The position numbers were made by a program, and so were the translations under genes. From contig CATNEN010000039.1 in assembly GCA_950097015.1 (NCBI GenBank), positions 14,384,001 through 14,448,000 of the forward strand: a stretch of 64,000 nucleotides of DNA, given 5' to 3'. The notes beneath the pieces were generated by a model. The model searched no databases. It saw only the letters and a program-made list of their open reading frames with translations, and had not been told where the DNA came from. Below, piece by piece: positions 10,601 to 21,097 of this stretch. The DNA comes from Macrostomum hystrix (Eukaryota; Animalia; Platyhelminthes). The stretch's first letter is position 1; each line of letters begins with the position of its first letter.

Positions 10601-12525
10601 AAAGCTATCGACTGCCAGATGCGATTCGCAGTGGCGGCCCTGTTCGTTCGAGACAATGTAACAATTTTATGAATCGTAGAATTTCCTGCGCGACTCTTTA
10701 AAAATATTTCTGAGCAGTGAAGTACGCGCAAATATTAACTAATTATTCCCTACCTGAAATCCTGCTCGGCAGCGACATCTGAATGAGTTTTCTTCCGGCC
10801 CTATGTTGCTTGAAGTTCCGCCGATCGCGAGCGAGTCCCTGAAGTCAGCAGCGACGCTGATGCAGGTCGCGCCGTTCAGACACCGGCTTGGACTGCAGGG
10901 GTTTGACAGTCTGGGTATGTCGCAGCGATTGCCTGTGCGAACAAATACGAATATAATATAAATTGGGAGTAAATCTATCAAAAAGCATAGTTAAAAATAG
11001 TTCCCCAATCCCAGATCAGCATATTCAATCTGACATTGACACCGGCAACTTTGAAATTGTCGAACAGGGCAAATAAAATATATAAAAATGTTGGCAGTCG
11101 GATAATCTTAGGGCCGTTAACGTTAGCCATGCCGCCATTGGCCAAGCGGTGATGGCTATATACCAACTACTGAATCGCGTAGTTAGTTGCCTATCTTTGA
11201 TTTCGGTCATTTAGATTAAAAAACATTTGGTCATCGAAAACGGTTTTAAGACCGAATCGGCAAGTTCTTAAAGGCTAGAACTGAAATTGAAATCCTAAAA
11301 AGCGACCTGCAAGTATTTTACGTACCGCGAAAACCATCGGAGCACAGGCATCTGATGCTGCCATTACGAAAAGCACATAATCCTCCGTTCAGGCACCAAT
11401 TGTCCTTGGCGCAGGGTGTGGCGCAGCGGTCGCCGCCCCAGCCGTTGCGACAGTCGCACGTGAAATTCTCGCCGCCGTTGCTGACGCACCACCCGCCGTG
11501 AAGGCAGGGCTCGCTGCGGCAGTCAACGGTTTGCACTGTCTGGCAGCGGTCGCTTCCGAAGCCGATCGGACAGACGCAGATCTCGCTGCCGCTTGACCCA
11601 AGTACACAGGTGCCGCCGTTGAAGCAGGGGTTCGGCCTGCAGTTGGCGTAGTTGCGCTCCGAGCAGTCATGGCCGAGGTAGCCGGGTAGGCAGTGGCACC
11701 GGTAAGAGCCGGGCGTGTTCTCGCAACGGCCACCATTCAAGCAGGGGGTTGTTCTGGCCAATTCACACTCGTTTAAATCCTGGCTGCAGTCGTCTCCTGT
11801 AAAACCAGGCGGGCAGGTGCAAGTCCGCTGGGTCCAGTTAGTGTACAGCACCGTGCAGGTGGCGCCCTCGTGGCACTTGTGGCTCAAGCAAGGATCCGGA
11901 TACTCGCACTGTGCGCCTATGAAGCCAGTTGGACATTCGCATTCGTACTTTCGATGCAGCAGGTTGATGCACTTGCCTCCATTTTTACAGGGCGAAGATT
12001 CGCATTCGTCGAGGTCCACCGAGCAGGTGGCGCCGATCCAACCGTTTGTGCACTGGCAGGTCCGGCTGCCGTCAGCCAGGCTCACGCACGTGCCGCCGTT
12101 GGCGCACGGCTGGGTGACGTCGTCGCAGATGATCGGTTGATGGCCAGACGACTGCGAGGCGACGGAGCCAACGGCTGCAGCAGAAGACGTCAGAACTAAA
12201 AGGTGACGCGGTTTAAATTGTAAATACTGCAGTCTCGTTGCAAGTCGACCAACAGCAAGTTCACCCATTCTGCTGATCAAAGAGCTGTTAAATAGGTGCT
12301 AGCATGAGCTGGGAGCAATTGAGGTTGGGTGTTTAAAATCCCCAGTTCATGGACTGAACAGCCGTACCCAGCAGGCTGTGCTGTCAGCCCAATCGGGCAT
12401 GTTTTAACAATTTAGCTATAAATTAGAGGTTAAAATGAATAACTAATCTAACAAATATTTATCTTTTACTTACTCGCAACATAGATTGTAATGCCTAGCC
12501 CAGTAGACCATAGGTAGCGAATCAT
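7583..12525 (-). CDS. Notch: Notch-family receptor, miniature form (8 EGF, 2 LNR, HD-like region, TM, RAM, 6 ANK, PEST), ~1118 aa
   Basis: Phase-consistent GT-AG exons: 12525-12474 (signal peptide [17 protein letters not shown]), 12195-11326, 10932-10754, 10639-9599, 9455-9063, 8576-8193, 8020-7583; total 3357 nt. [31 protein letters not shown]; RAM IWYPPGF; [12 protein letters not shown]...[11 protein letters not shown]...[11 protein letters not shown]; PEST YPTPPS and FLTPSPDS. Confidence 0.92.
8625..8937 (-). mobile_element. SINE family A copy (tRNA-derived head) in Notch intron 5
   Basis: Reverse complement matches 21616-21915 and 51715-52070 (TTTGCCTCTCGCACCAAGG, GGCGAGGCCACATT, GTGCTCAGGAGTCAGTG). 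Confidence 0.7.
12300..12400 (+). mobile_element. SINE family B 3' fragment in Notch intron 1
   Basis: CCCCAGTTCATGGACTGAACAGCCGTAC...GGCTGTGCTGTCAGCCCAAT matches the tails of the 13.9, 28.5 and 31.2 kb copies. Confidence 0.6.
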
Positions 12526-13888
12526 GGCCAGTTAGTAGACTTCAATTTTTAGTTCTTTTGAACTAAAATCTTTAGTTAAAAAAACAGACGACTTTGATAA
12601 ACGAGCTTTGGCCAGCAAAAGTCAGTCGGTCCATTCGAGTTTATAACGGAATCAGTGAGTCGCGAAGTCTGTCTACTAAGCTGTTCAGAACTGTTTTATC
12701 ACTTTGCGATGAATTTGATGCGGAGTGCAGCTTGGCCAGTATTGCTTTTTTATTCTGAGCAGCCTTTTCTCATTCTTCTTTTTTCTTCTTTGCTGGGGCA
12801 ATTTCTGTCTTTATTTTGTCCAACTTTGGTAGGAAATGAAGAGTGAGAGCGGCGCAGTTGTTGAGGGAGGTAAATTATTTCTTTTCCAGCACAATAGCCT
12901 GCTCGAGGGTCTATTGTGCCATTCAAACCTGTCTAAACGAATGAGCTATCCAGGTGTAGCTGGAGAATTCAAGCAGAAAACAGACTGACAGTACAGGAGA
13001 GCGAGTTCGGGGGGTCCCGTCTGTTCGCTGTCGTACTGGGTGGCCCGCGGTGACAGACAATCGACCAGAAAAAAATAAGATGAGGCGTTTGCAGACCTGT
13101 TCGGCACTGTTCCATAGAAATTCCGAGTTTAATTTGCGTGACAATAGAATAAATTTTAAAAGAATGCAGCAATATTATATAGGGACTCTGTGGAACAATC
13201 TACTCAACTGAGTCACTCAGCTCAGCTCAGCTCGAGTGCAGGGGTGGGTGCGCATGTGCTCGGTGTGTTTATTAAACTGGCGACTGGCGCTGCTTGAGGC
13301 TGGGCCAGGGCCCTTTAATTGTTGTCTCCTGGCGCTAATAAAGCACAAAGCCAGAGGAGAGACAGACTTGCTGCTGCGGCAGCAACTACCCGGCCATTTA
13401 AACCACAAGAATAGACACTGCACTGCACTGCAATAGACAGAATGGGGACAGAGCGGCACTGGAGCGCTTATTGGCTTGGTTGCGTGCAGCGTGGCTGTGG
13501 CACATGACCCATGCACACACACACAAATACACACAGCCGACGCCATTGCTATAGAAATGGAAAGGAAGAAAATGATGAAGCTCACGCCAAGCAATTGCGC
13601 TCGCTTCAACAGTAGCAAATCGAATTCTGGCACTGCTGACACTCATCTCTTTATGAGACCCACAGTAGCGACAAGCATAGAAAACCTGCTGGTCTAATTA
13701 CCTGTTTTCCTTCATGTCAAATGAAACTCTCACAATAGACATCTGCGGATAGCGGAGAGGCATTAGCTCTATTGCAAACTTGTGAGCACAGTATTACAAG
13801 CTGTGATACTAGCTCAGGAGAAAAACAAGTTATCAACCCACTAGAAATAGTCTAATAGTCTACAATTACTTCTGTATAATGATTGTCT

Positions 13889-14215
13889 AGGAGGCTGTAG
13901 TCTTGTGGTTAGACGACGATTAATAAATCATCTCATCAACGACGTGATATAAGCCTCGGACTCACGACTTGAAGGTCGGTGGTTCGATTCCCGACTTCAC
14001 AGGAATATTTTGCGTCCTTTAGCAAGACACTTAATTCTGCATTGCTTCAGTCCACAAATGGCTACCAGCATTAGCTGGATTAATTGAGAGTGGGTGTGGC
14101 TTCCCCCAGTCCATGGACTGAACATTCGTACGCAGCCTTCAGATGTGCAGCGCAATAGCTGCGGATGTGCAAACGGCTGCATGTCTGGCCCAATTGGGAC
14201 AAGTGTAATGAATTA
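13889..14215 (+). mobile_element. SINE family B copy (tRNA head, V-domain-like core, structured tail)
   Basis: B-box GGTTCGATTCC. Core GTCCTTTAGCAAGACACTTAA...CATTGCTTCAGTCCAC. Tail shared with 28460-28760 and 31187-31395. Confidence 0.75.
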
Positions 14216-14989
14216 TAAATACAATATTACAATATTTCTAATATACGGGCATTTTCAAGGAGTATCCCTGAAACATGAAAACACTGTGCATTTTATGAGC
14301 ATATAAATACCACTTGGCTTGCTGCTTGGGCTTCGCTTTTAACAGACTATACCAGGCGTTAACAATTAGGGAAATAATTCTGCAACACTTATACAGTTTA
14401 TTACAGTTGACTTGCTGCCTGATTCGGTTTTACCGAACGCAACTGAGAAAACAGCAGGCACAGCAAAGCAAGGGATTTCGCATGCAGCACATTATATGTC
14501 TTGACTATGTTACAATGCGCTTGTTTATACAATGCAATGGACTCGCTGCGACCCTGTTAATATGCCTCGCTTATTCATTGCTTAATTTGCTGCCAAAGCT
14601 TCTTGGAACTGAAGACCTCGCCCTCGGTGTCAGTTTTTTATAGTTTATCGGTGTACAGTTTTTAGTGTTGCATTATTTATTGCGCCAAACCTGCAAGCAC
14701 CCGCTAGCTGTCAATTGTAAGGTGAAACCGCATAGAATGAGGCAGGAAACCAACAAAACTACCTGCACTGTTGGCTGAATGTCTGCTGATTGTTCCGATC
14801 GTCAAATGCAGAAAAGTTTTTGCATCGACTATTTGAAATTTTATTTGTAGCAGTTTTTTTAATTTCTGCTGGTAGAGTTTCAGACCTACACAAACATAAA
14901 AAGGAATATAATAATGGGTGAAATTACAACTATAGGTAGATATATAGAGACACGCAGGAGCTAATGATCGAGACGGGAGGGGCAGGCAG

Positions 14990-16370
14990 CGGGGCCTGGG
15001 AGCTGAGAACCAGCGCCTGCAAGTCAGCCACAAAACAGTGAGTCAGCGTCACAGTTTGCCCCTTGGCCTCGGCTCTTCCGCTCCGTCGGCTGGTGCAGGA
15101 GGGCCAGGGCCAAAGCGACTTGGTTGCCGCGGCCATGACTCTGCAGGCAGTGGCCCAGCAGCATTTGGGGGCACCGGCGGAGGGTGACACTCAGGTCGGG
15201 AACGCCGGCGCGGGCCATCAGGTCTCGGGACGGCAACCTCTAGGGCGTAGTGCACGCCCAGGGCGTAGCGCAGCAGGGACCTGTAGAGCGCGTCCAGAGC
15301 TCGCTCTCGTTTGTCGGTCATCGCCACCGCTTCAATGCCGTACAAAATGATTGGCTACTCTGCCGCGCGGAAGAGGCGCACTTTCAGGCCGTCCCTTGCA
15401 GCTGAGTTGAAGACGTCCCTGAGCAGGTGCGCCGCTCGCCAGGCCTGTTCCTCCTGTCAGAGACGATGGAGTCCGGGCTCATAACTAGCGATCCGAGGTA
15501 CCAGAAGTCTTCTCACACGGCGATGACATCTCCGTTGGGCAGCGCAAGTGCCGGGGCGGTATCAGTGCCCACGTGCAGCACCTATGTCTTGCGCGCGTTG
15601 ACCATCAGCCCCATTCGGGTGCCCTCCTCACAGAGGCGGGAAAGAGCGCGTTGGGCAGCAGCTGGGTCACGACAGAGGAGCGCGATCAGGCATACGTGAG
15701 AGCACGCAGTGGAACAGCAGGGAGTCGGGAGCTTCGGCGTGGGACCAGCATATAGCTGTCGTCCTCTTGACGGCAGCGGCGCAGCACATAATTGACGACC
15801 ATGATGAAGAGCAGGGCCAGCGTGTCGCCCTGCAGGATGCCGGAGGTTGTACTCCGGTCGGGCCAATTGCTCGGCTGGACAAACACACTGGAATCGCTTG
15901 ACAGGTCCATCACCGCAGCTAACAGTGCAGGGGGAACGCAGTAAGAGAACCTTGCGATCGCAGGCCTGAACGCCGTATCGAACGCCTTGAGGAAATCCAC
16001 GTAGATAATCGAAACGGCGCGAAGGTGGGTCTTGCAGGCTTGCATGAAGGAACGGATGTTTGCAACCTGTTGTGGACCTGCCCGGTCGGAAGCCGCTCTG
16101 GAGACTCAGCAGCATCGGGTTGAGGCCGGGCAGGAGGCGGTTGCGGAGCACTGCATTCAGCAGCTTCGTCGTGGTGCACTTCAGCGCGATGCCACGCTGG
16201 TTGTCTGCGCTGGTGGTGGCCCCCTTAGAGGTGCGCCATTTTGGTGGAGCGCAAGCTGCCACGTCGCCTCCAAGACTACAGTGCCTGTTTAACAGGCGGG
16301 TGATGGCAGGGGTTAACTCGGGAAGCTTCAAGACCCTGGGGGGAATAGAATCTACCCCAGAGGCCGCTTT
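14990..16370 (-). pseudogene. Decayed non-LTR retrotransposon (RTE-like) reverse-transcriptase fragment
   Basis: RT motifs scattered over three frames: KAASGVDSIP, QSGFRPGRST, YVDFLKAFD, GILQGDTLA..LF, LMVNARKT, FWYLGS; multiple frameshifts. Confidence 0.8.
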
Positions 16371-16775
16371 GAAAGTTATTTCACCGTAAAGGGCGGAATA
16401 TTTTGATTCATATGGTGGACTTTCAGGCAAATTGGTCATTCGGTTTGGGAGCGATCTTGAAGTAGGCGGTGTGTATTTGAAATCCCCGCTGTCTTTTCCT
16501 AGGGGGTTTCGCGGAAAAATACAATGAGTAGATTTTTGACTTACTCATATTTTAATTAGGAATCCAAAGCTTATCGTATAAGTTACCTAAAATGTTGCTC
16601 CATCGAGTTGTACTATACAATGCTTTATTCCTCTAAATTCTAAATTCTTGCTATTTTCATTACAATAGACCTATATTGATAGAATTAACTGGATCTAAGC
16701 TTGCTATAGTACATGGGTCATAAGTGTACAGTCTACAGAGGCCATTTTAGAATTGACGAGCGTGTAATTATACTA

Positions 16776-17714
16776 TACCTTTTGTCAGTTGATTTCGCAA
16801 AAAAGCCAATTGATTTCCCCATTAGCTGAAGTCGAAAGCGAGGGCCCAACCAGCCTTCTCGACCATAGATAAGTCCAAATGAATTCCCTTAAGTCCAATT
16901 GATTTCCCTCAATTCAATGTGTCTTAAGCATACTCTCTGGGGAAATCGATTGGAGTTGTTTCATTCTGTTGTCTGTGGTCGAAATCGAGGGTTCATAGTT
17001 AGTCTTTGCCTACAGCGCAAATCTGGCATGTTCGAATTCCAATCGCCCGTGACAGTACGAAGCTTTTTTAACGTAATTAGCTGCTTGTCCAGTGCACGAC
17101 TGATAGTCTTCAGGCCAATGGTCTCCAATACAGGCCACCGCACTGAAAGACCACCGCGCATCATTTGCAGAGTGCAGGTGGGATTTTGTTCGACTATTGT
17201 TATCAGGTGCTCCGTCATTTCCTCATTCAGATGTTTCTGTCGATTGCCACCCTTGGCCAGACTATGATCTCTTCCGTCTCTTTCAAATACCTCAATGATG
17301 GACCTGGTGGTTCTTGGTTTAATCTGCAATTGTCTCGCCAGGAGCCTCCAGTCTTCACCTCGGACATACGATTGAGCGATTCTCTGTCGGTCCTTCTCCG
17401 ATACTGGTGTAGTGTAGTGCCCGCGCAGCATAGTGGTTGATGACCTCTGTTCTCTTGTACCTGCCAGATTTGCGCTGTAGGCAAAGACTAACTATGAATC
17501 CTCGATTTCGACCACAGACAACAGAATGAAACAACTCCAATCGATTTCCCCAGAGAGTATGCTTAAGACACATTGAATTGAGGGAAATCAATTGGACTTA
17601 AGGGAATTCATTTGGACTTATCTATGGTCGAGAAGGCTGGTTGGGCCCTCGCTTTCGACTTCAGCTAATGGGGAAATCAATTGGCTTTTTTGCGAAATCA
17701 ATTGACAAAAGGTA
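16776..17714 (-). mobile_element. Internally deleted IS630-Tc1-mariner-superfamily element with ~250-bp terminal inverted repeats
   Basis: 16774-17028 is the near-perfect reverse complement of 17462-17716, with TA at both ends. The interior encodes a paired HTH-type transposase N-terminus (17431->17029: VSEKDRQRI...GGNRQKHL...TLKKL) with no DDE domain. Confidence 0.85.
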
Positions 17715-19002
17715 TATTAAAATGGGCATTGATCAGATAATGTTTTTCTAAAAGGAGTTACTGCAGTTTCAGCCACATGGTGGTATTTTATGTCACAAAT
17801 AAACATTTGTAGAGTTCGTATTATATATAAAGATAATATTTTTAGCGAAAATCTGCCTTTTAAAAATACCTATCCGTCTAACAATGATTGAGAACTGATA
17901 ATTGCAGAATTTTTAGTGGTTGCATCGCAAAGTGAATTGTTCTATCCTACTAGTAGTACTATATGTTGCTAAGCAATAATATCGCTCTAGAGTTTCTATG
18001 TTTGATTTAAAATCAAGGCAAATCTAAAAAAATTCAGCGCAGATGAACCTGTTGTAGATAATCTTGTCGTAGCTGTGTATAGTTCTACTTGTATTCTAAT
18101 ATCAATCTGATTCCATGTGAAACCGGTGTTCGATAATGACAGTTTGATAATCGCCTGAATGCATGCTAACACGAGAATGCTAATACATCGTTGCTCATTG
18201 GCTTGCTGAATTATGCAGATCATTGCGTGCGCTGCCGATTCAACCAGCAAGAGCCAGTCTTAGAATGTCATCTTTGTCGAAACGACGTCGTTGTATAGCA
18301 TCGCACAGATACTAGATACTAGGACGAACCTACTTGGCTAGACAGCCCTTCATAGACGCAGTGACTAGCTGAACAATGTACTGCTTAATTTAGCATGTAG
18401 CATGTGGGTGTCTCTTTATGCATCAGTTGGCATTTAGACCCTGCTTCGTCTGGCAGAGCAGAGACGATGCACTTCACTTAAAACCAAGGCCTGTTCGATT
18501 GAAGTCAGTTCCAAATTTTGTAAATCTTTTAAACTTTCATCTGCCCCTTAAAATTACAAACGGCACCACCGGTGAAGGTAGGAGATTGCTAAAACACTTC
18601 TCTGTGAAGTTTATGACATTTTCCAGCCATAATGAAAAATTCATTCCTAACTACTTCCAAGTACGTTGCAGAGAGCACCTAGAAACTGCTTAGGACTTTC
18701 ACATCCATCCGCCAATGCATCCAGAGTTTTTGTGCATTGGCCAACTAAATCAGGACCAATCAGCAGCCTGTAAGAGGGACTTGTCCAGCTGATGGCTGAT
18801 AAGCCCACACGAAAGACAGTTAAAGAATTCAGGATCCTGCTGTGCATAATTTCCAGACTAGTTGTCAATGCCAAACTAATACCTGGGCATGCTCAGACAA
18901 TGAATCAGTGAGCGAAAATCAGGAAAAACTGAACTGTGAGTACACGAACTTGTAAAGTATAACAGGTTTGCTCATTCATTGCCACATGAAATCTGAAAGA
19001 TA

Positions 19003-19339
19003 TCCTTATTGTCAGTTCTGAAAGATACCCCATTGTCAGTTCTGAAAGATACCCCATTGTCTGTTCTGAAAGATACCCCATCGTCTGTTCTGAAAGATAC
19101 CCCATCGTCTGTTCTGAAAGACACCCCATCATCTGTTCTGAAAGAGACCCCATTGTCTGTTCTGAAAGACACCCCATCATCTGTTCTGAAAGAGACCCCA
19201 TTGTCTGTTCTGAAAGAGACCCCATTGTCTGTTCTGAAAGAGACCCCATTGTCTGTTCTGAAAGACACCCCATTGTCTGTTCTGAAAGACATCCGTCTGT
19301 TCTGAAAGACACCCCATTGTCTGTTCTGAAAGACACCCC
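19003..19339. repeat. 24-bp minisatellite (CCCCATTGTCTGTTCTGAAAGAGA)n, ~14 copies
   Basis: Direct tandem repeats with no unique spacers. Confidence 0.95.
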
Positions 19340-21097
19340 AGAGGTGTTCACGGGTTTTTTCCGTTGCGGACCAGCCAGCATAGCAACAAAGAAAATTTCG
19401 TGGCCTGTCCACATCACCGTTCGATATTGTCCCATTGGTGTAAACACGCAATCTAGGGTAAAAATGTGAGAGCATTCGCAGACCCAAGCATGGCCTACCT
19501 TCTGTCAGAGCCGCAACAGAGAGGCAAACTTAATGAGTAAGGGCTTTTTTGACAGGCTTTCCCCACTTTCTCACTACCCCCCATTCACAAAACCAGCGCT
19601 GACCTGAGAAACTGCCAATCAATATTGAGCGGGTTCTTTCACCGCTTCCTCGACAATCCATCTGCGCGCGGTAAAAAGCAAGGTGAAGTGAGAAATTGTG
19701 CTCAATCTATCAGGTGAGCGAGTGGCTGTGACGGTGGCTGCATTGTTTGCAGTTAAATTGCTGATTAGGCAATGTGTACATGGACCTCTTGCCCAAAGGA
19801 CTCCACGCCTAGTCTGGGAGAACTTTGTACTTTTATCAGTATCACGGTTGTTTGAATTTTAATAGGTCTACAAGAAAGTCAGCTGCATTGTATGAAGTGT
19901 ATGTAAAATTTACTGGACCAATTCAAACGTACAATATCGTCCTGTACAGTAACAACCAATCCTATGGCGACCTGCAGTGCAAACTACCGCAACGATCCAT
20001 CATGTGTCTTGATAAGGACACTGGCTAAGTGGAAGAACTCGACTTATTTGAGTCGGCCCCAATAGCCATGCCAGGGCGAGCAGAAAGCGGCCAGACAAGC
20101 GCTGTGTCAATACCATGTGTTGCTCCTATCTGCTTTGTATATTCAGCAATTGTCTTGTAGGCAACAGATACTGTGTGACTAATTGTCCATATTGGAAAAG
20201 TTTTCCGCCTTCAAAGGTAAAACAACAGCAGAAAGAGAGATTAACGCGTCAGAGACATGTTTGTTCTTTTGTTGGCTGTTTCTGTTTCTGGGACAAACTC
20301 AAACATGATATTTGGCTCCGCACTGCACTGCATTCCTGACAGAAAATACATTGCTAAAGAAAGTTGACACTACATGGCTTCAATCTGGTGCTGAAGATTG
20401 ATAAAAAAATTCTGGACTTAGTGCCGATATCACACATGTTACAAAGCTAATCAAGGGAGTTTGCACCTTTAACTTGAGAAAGATTCTTAGGAAAGGAAAG
20501 AGTTCCTCAGGAAAGGAACAGGACAGTCCCTGGACTAATTGAGCGCGCTAACAAGCAGCAAAGAGGAACTCACAGCCGAGTATCGAATCGGCTGTCCGGA
20601 CTCTTTGAACGAGAAACGGTTCAGACATTGAAAAGTCTGCAAGCCACAAGCAGAAAGAACAAAGACAAAATGCCCTTTTTTCAATCAAAAGACCATGAGC
20701 TTAGCGATTAATTATACGGCGTTTTTACAGCCTCTGATCTTCTACGCTTGTTGTGCCTTAAAGATCGACTGATGTATTCAAATAGAAGGGTCAAAATGTC
20801 CAGTATAGATTAAACGACAGCGTGACAATCAGAGGCTAGGCTTTAGAAGCCTCTGAAATGTTATGTAAATTGAAAGCAAACCGAAAGTGTAAAATTATAT
20901 AAGTTTATAGTACCCTTCGTTATAGCTTTTCTACTTAATTATGAGTAGCCTGGTACCTTTACACTTTATAGCTCAGACAATAACTAACCGTATTCCCTCG
21001 AAAATTTCGTTCAGATAAAAATAGCCGAGAAGGATCACCCGAGACGATGCAACCGCGTTGACAAGTTATTTTAACCTAGACTCAAGATCTAGGCACA

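Noticed and set aside
13953-14000. tRNA genes at the SINE heads (also 28460, 31190, 30481)
   Set aside because: They have A/B boxes but no complete cloverleaf or acceptor stem, and they continue into shared SINE bodies.
19003-19339. Possible CRISPR array (24-bp repeats; also the 30-35-bp arrays)
   Set aside because: Units are head-to-tail with no unique spacers, there are no cas genes, and the context is eukaryotic.
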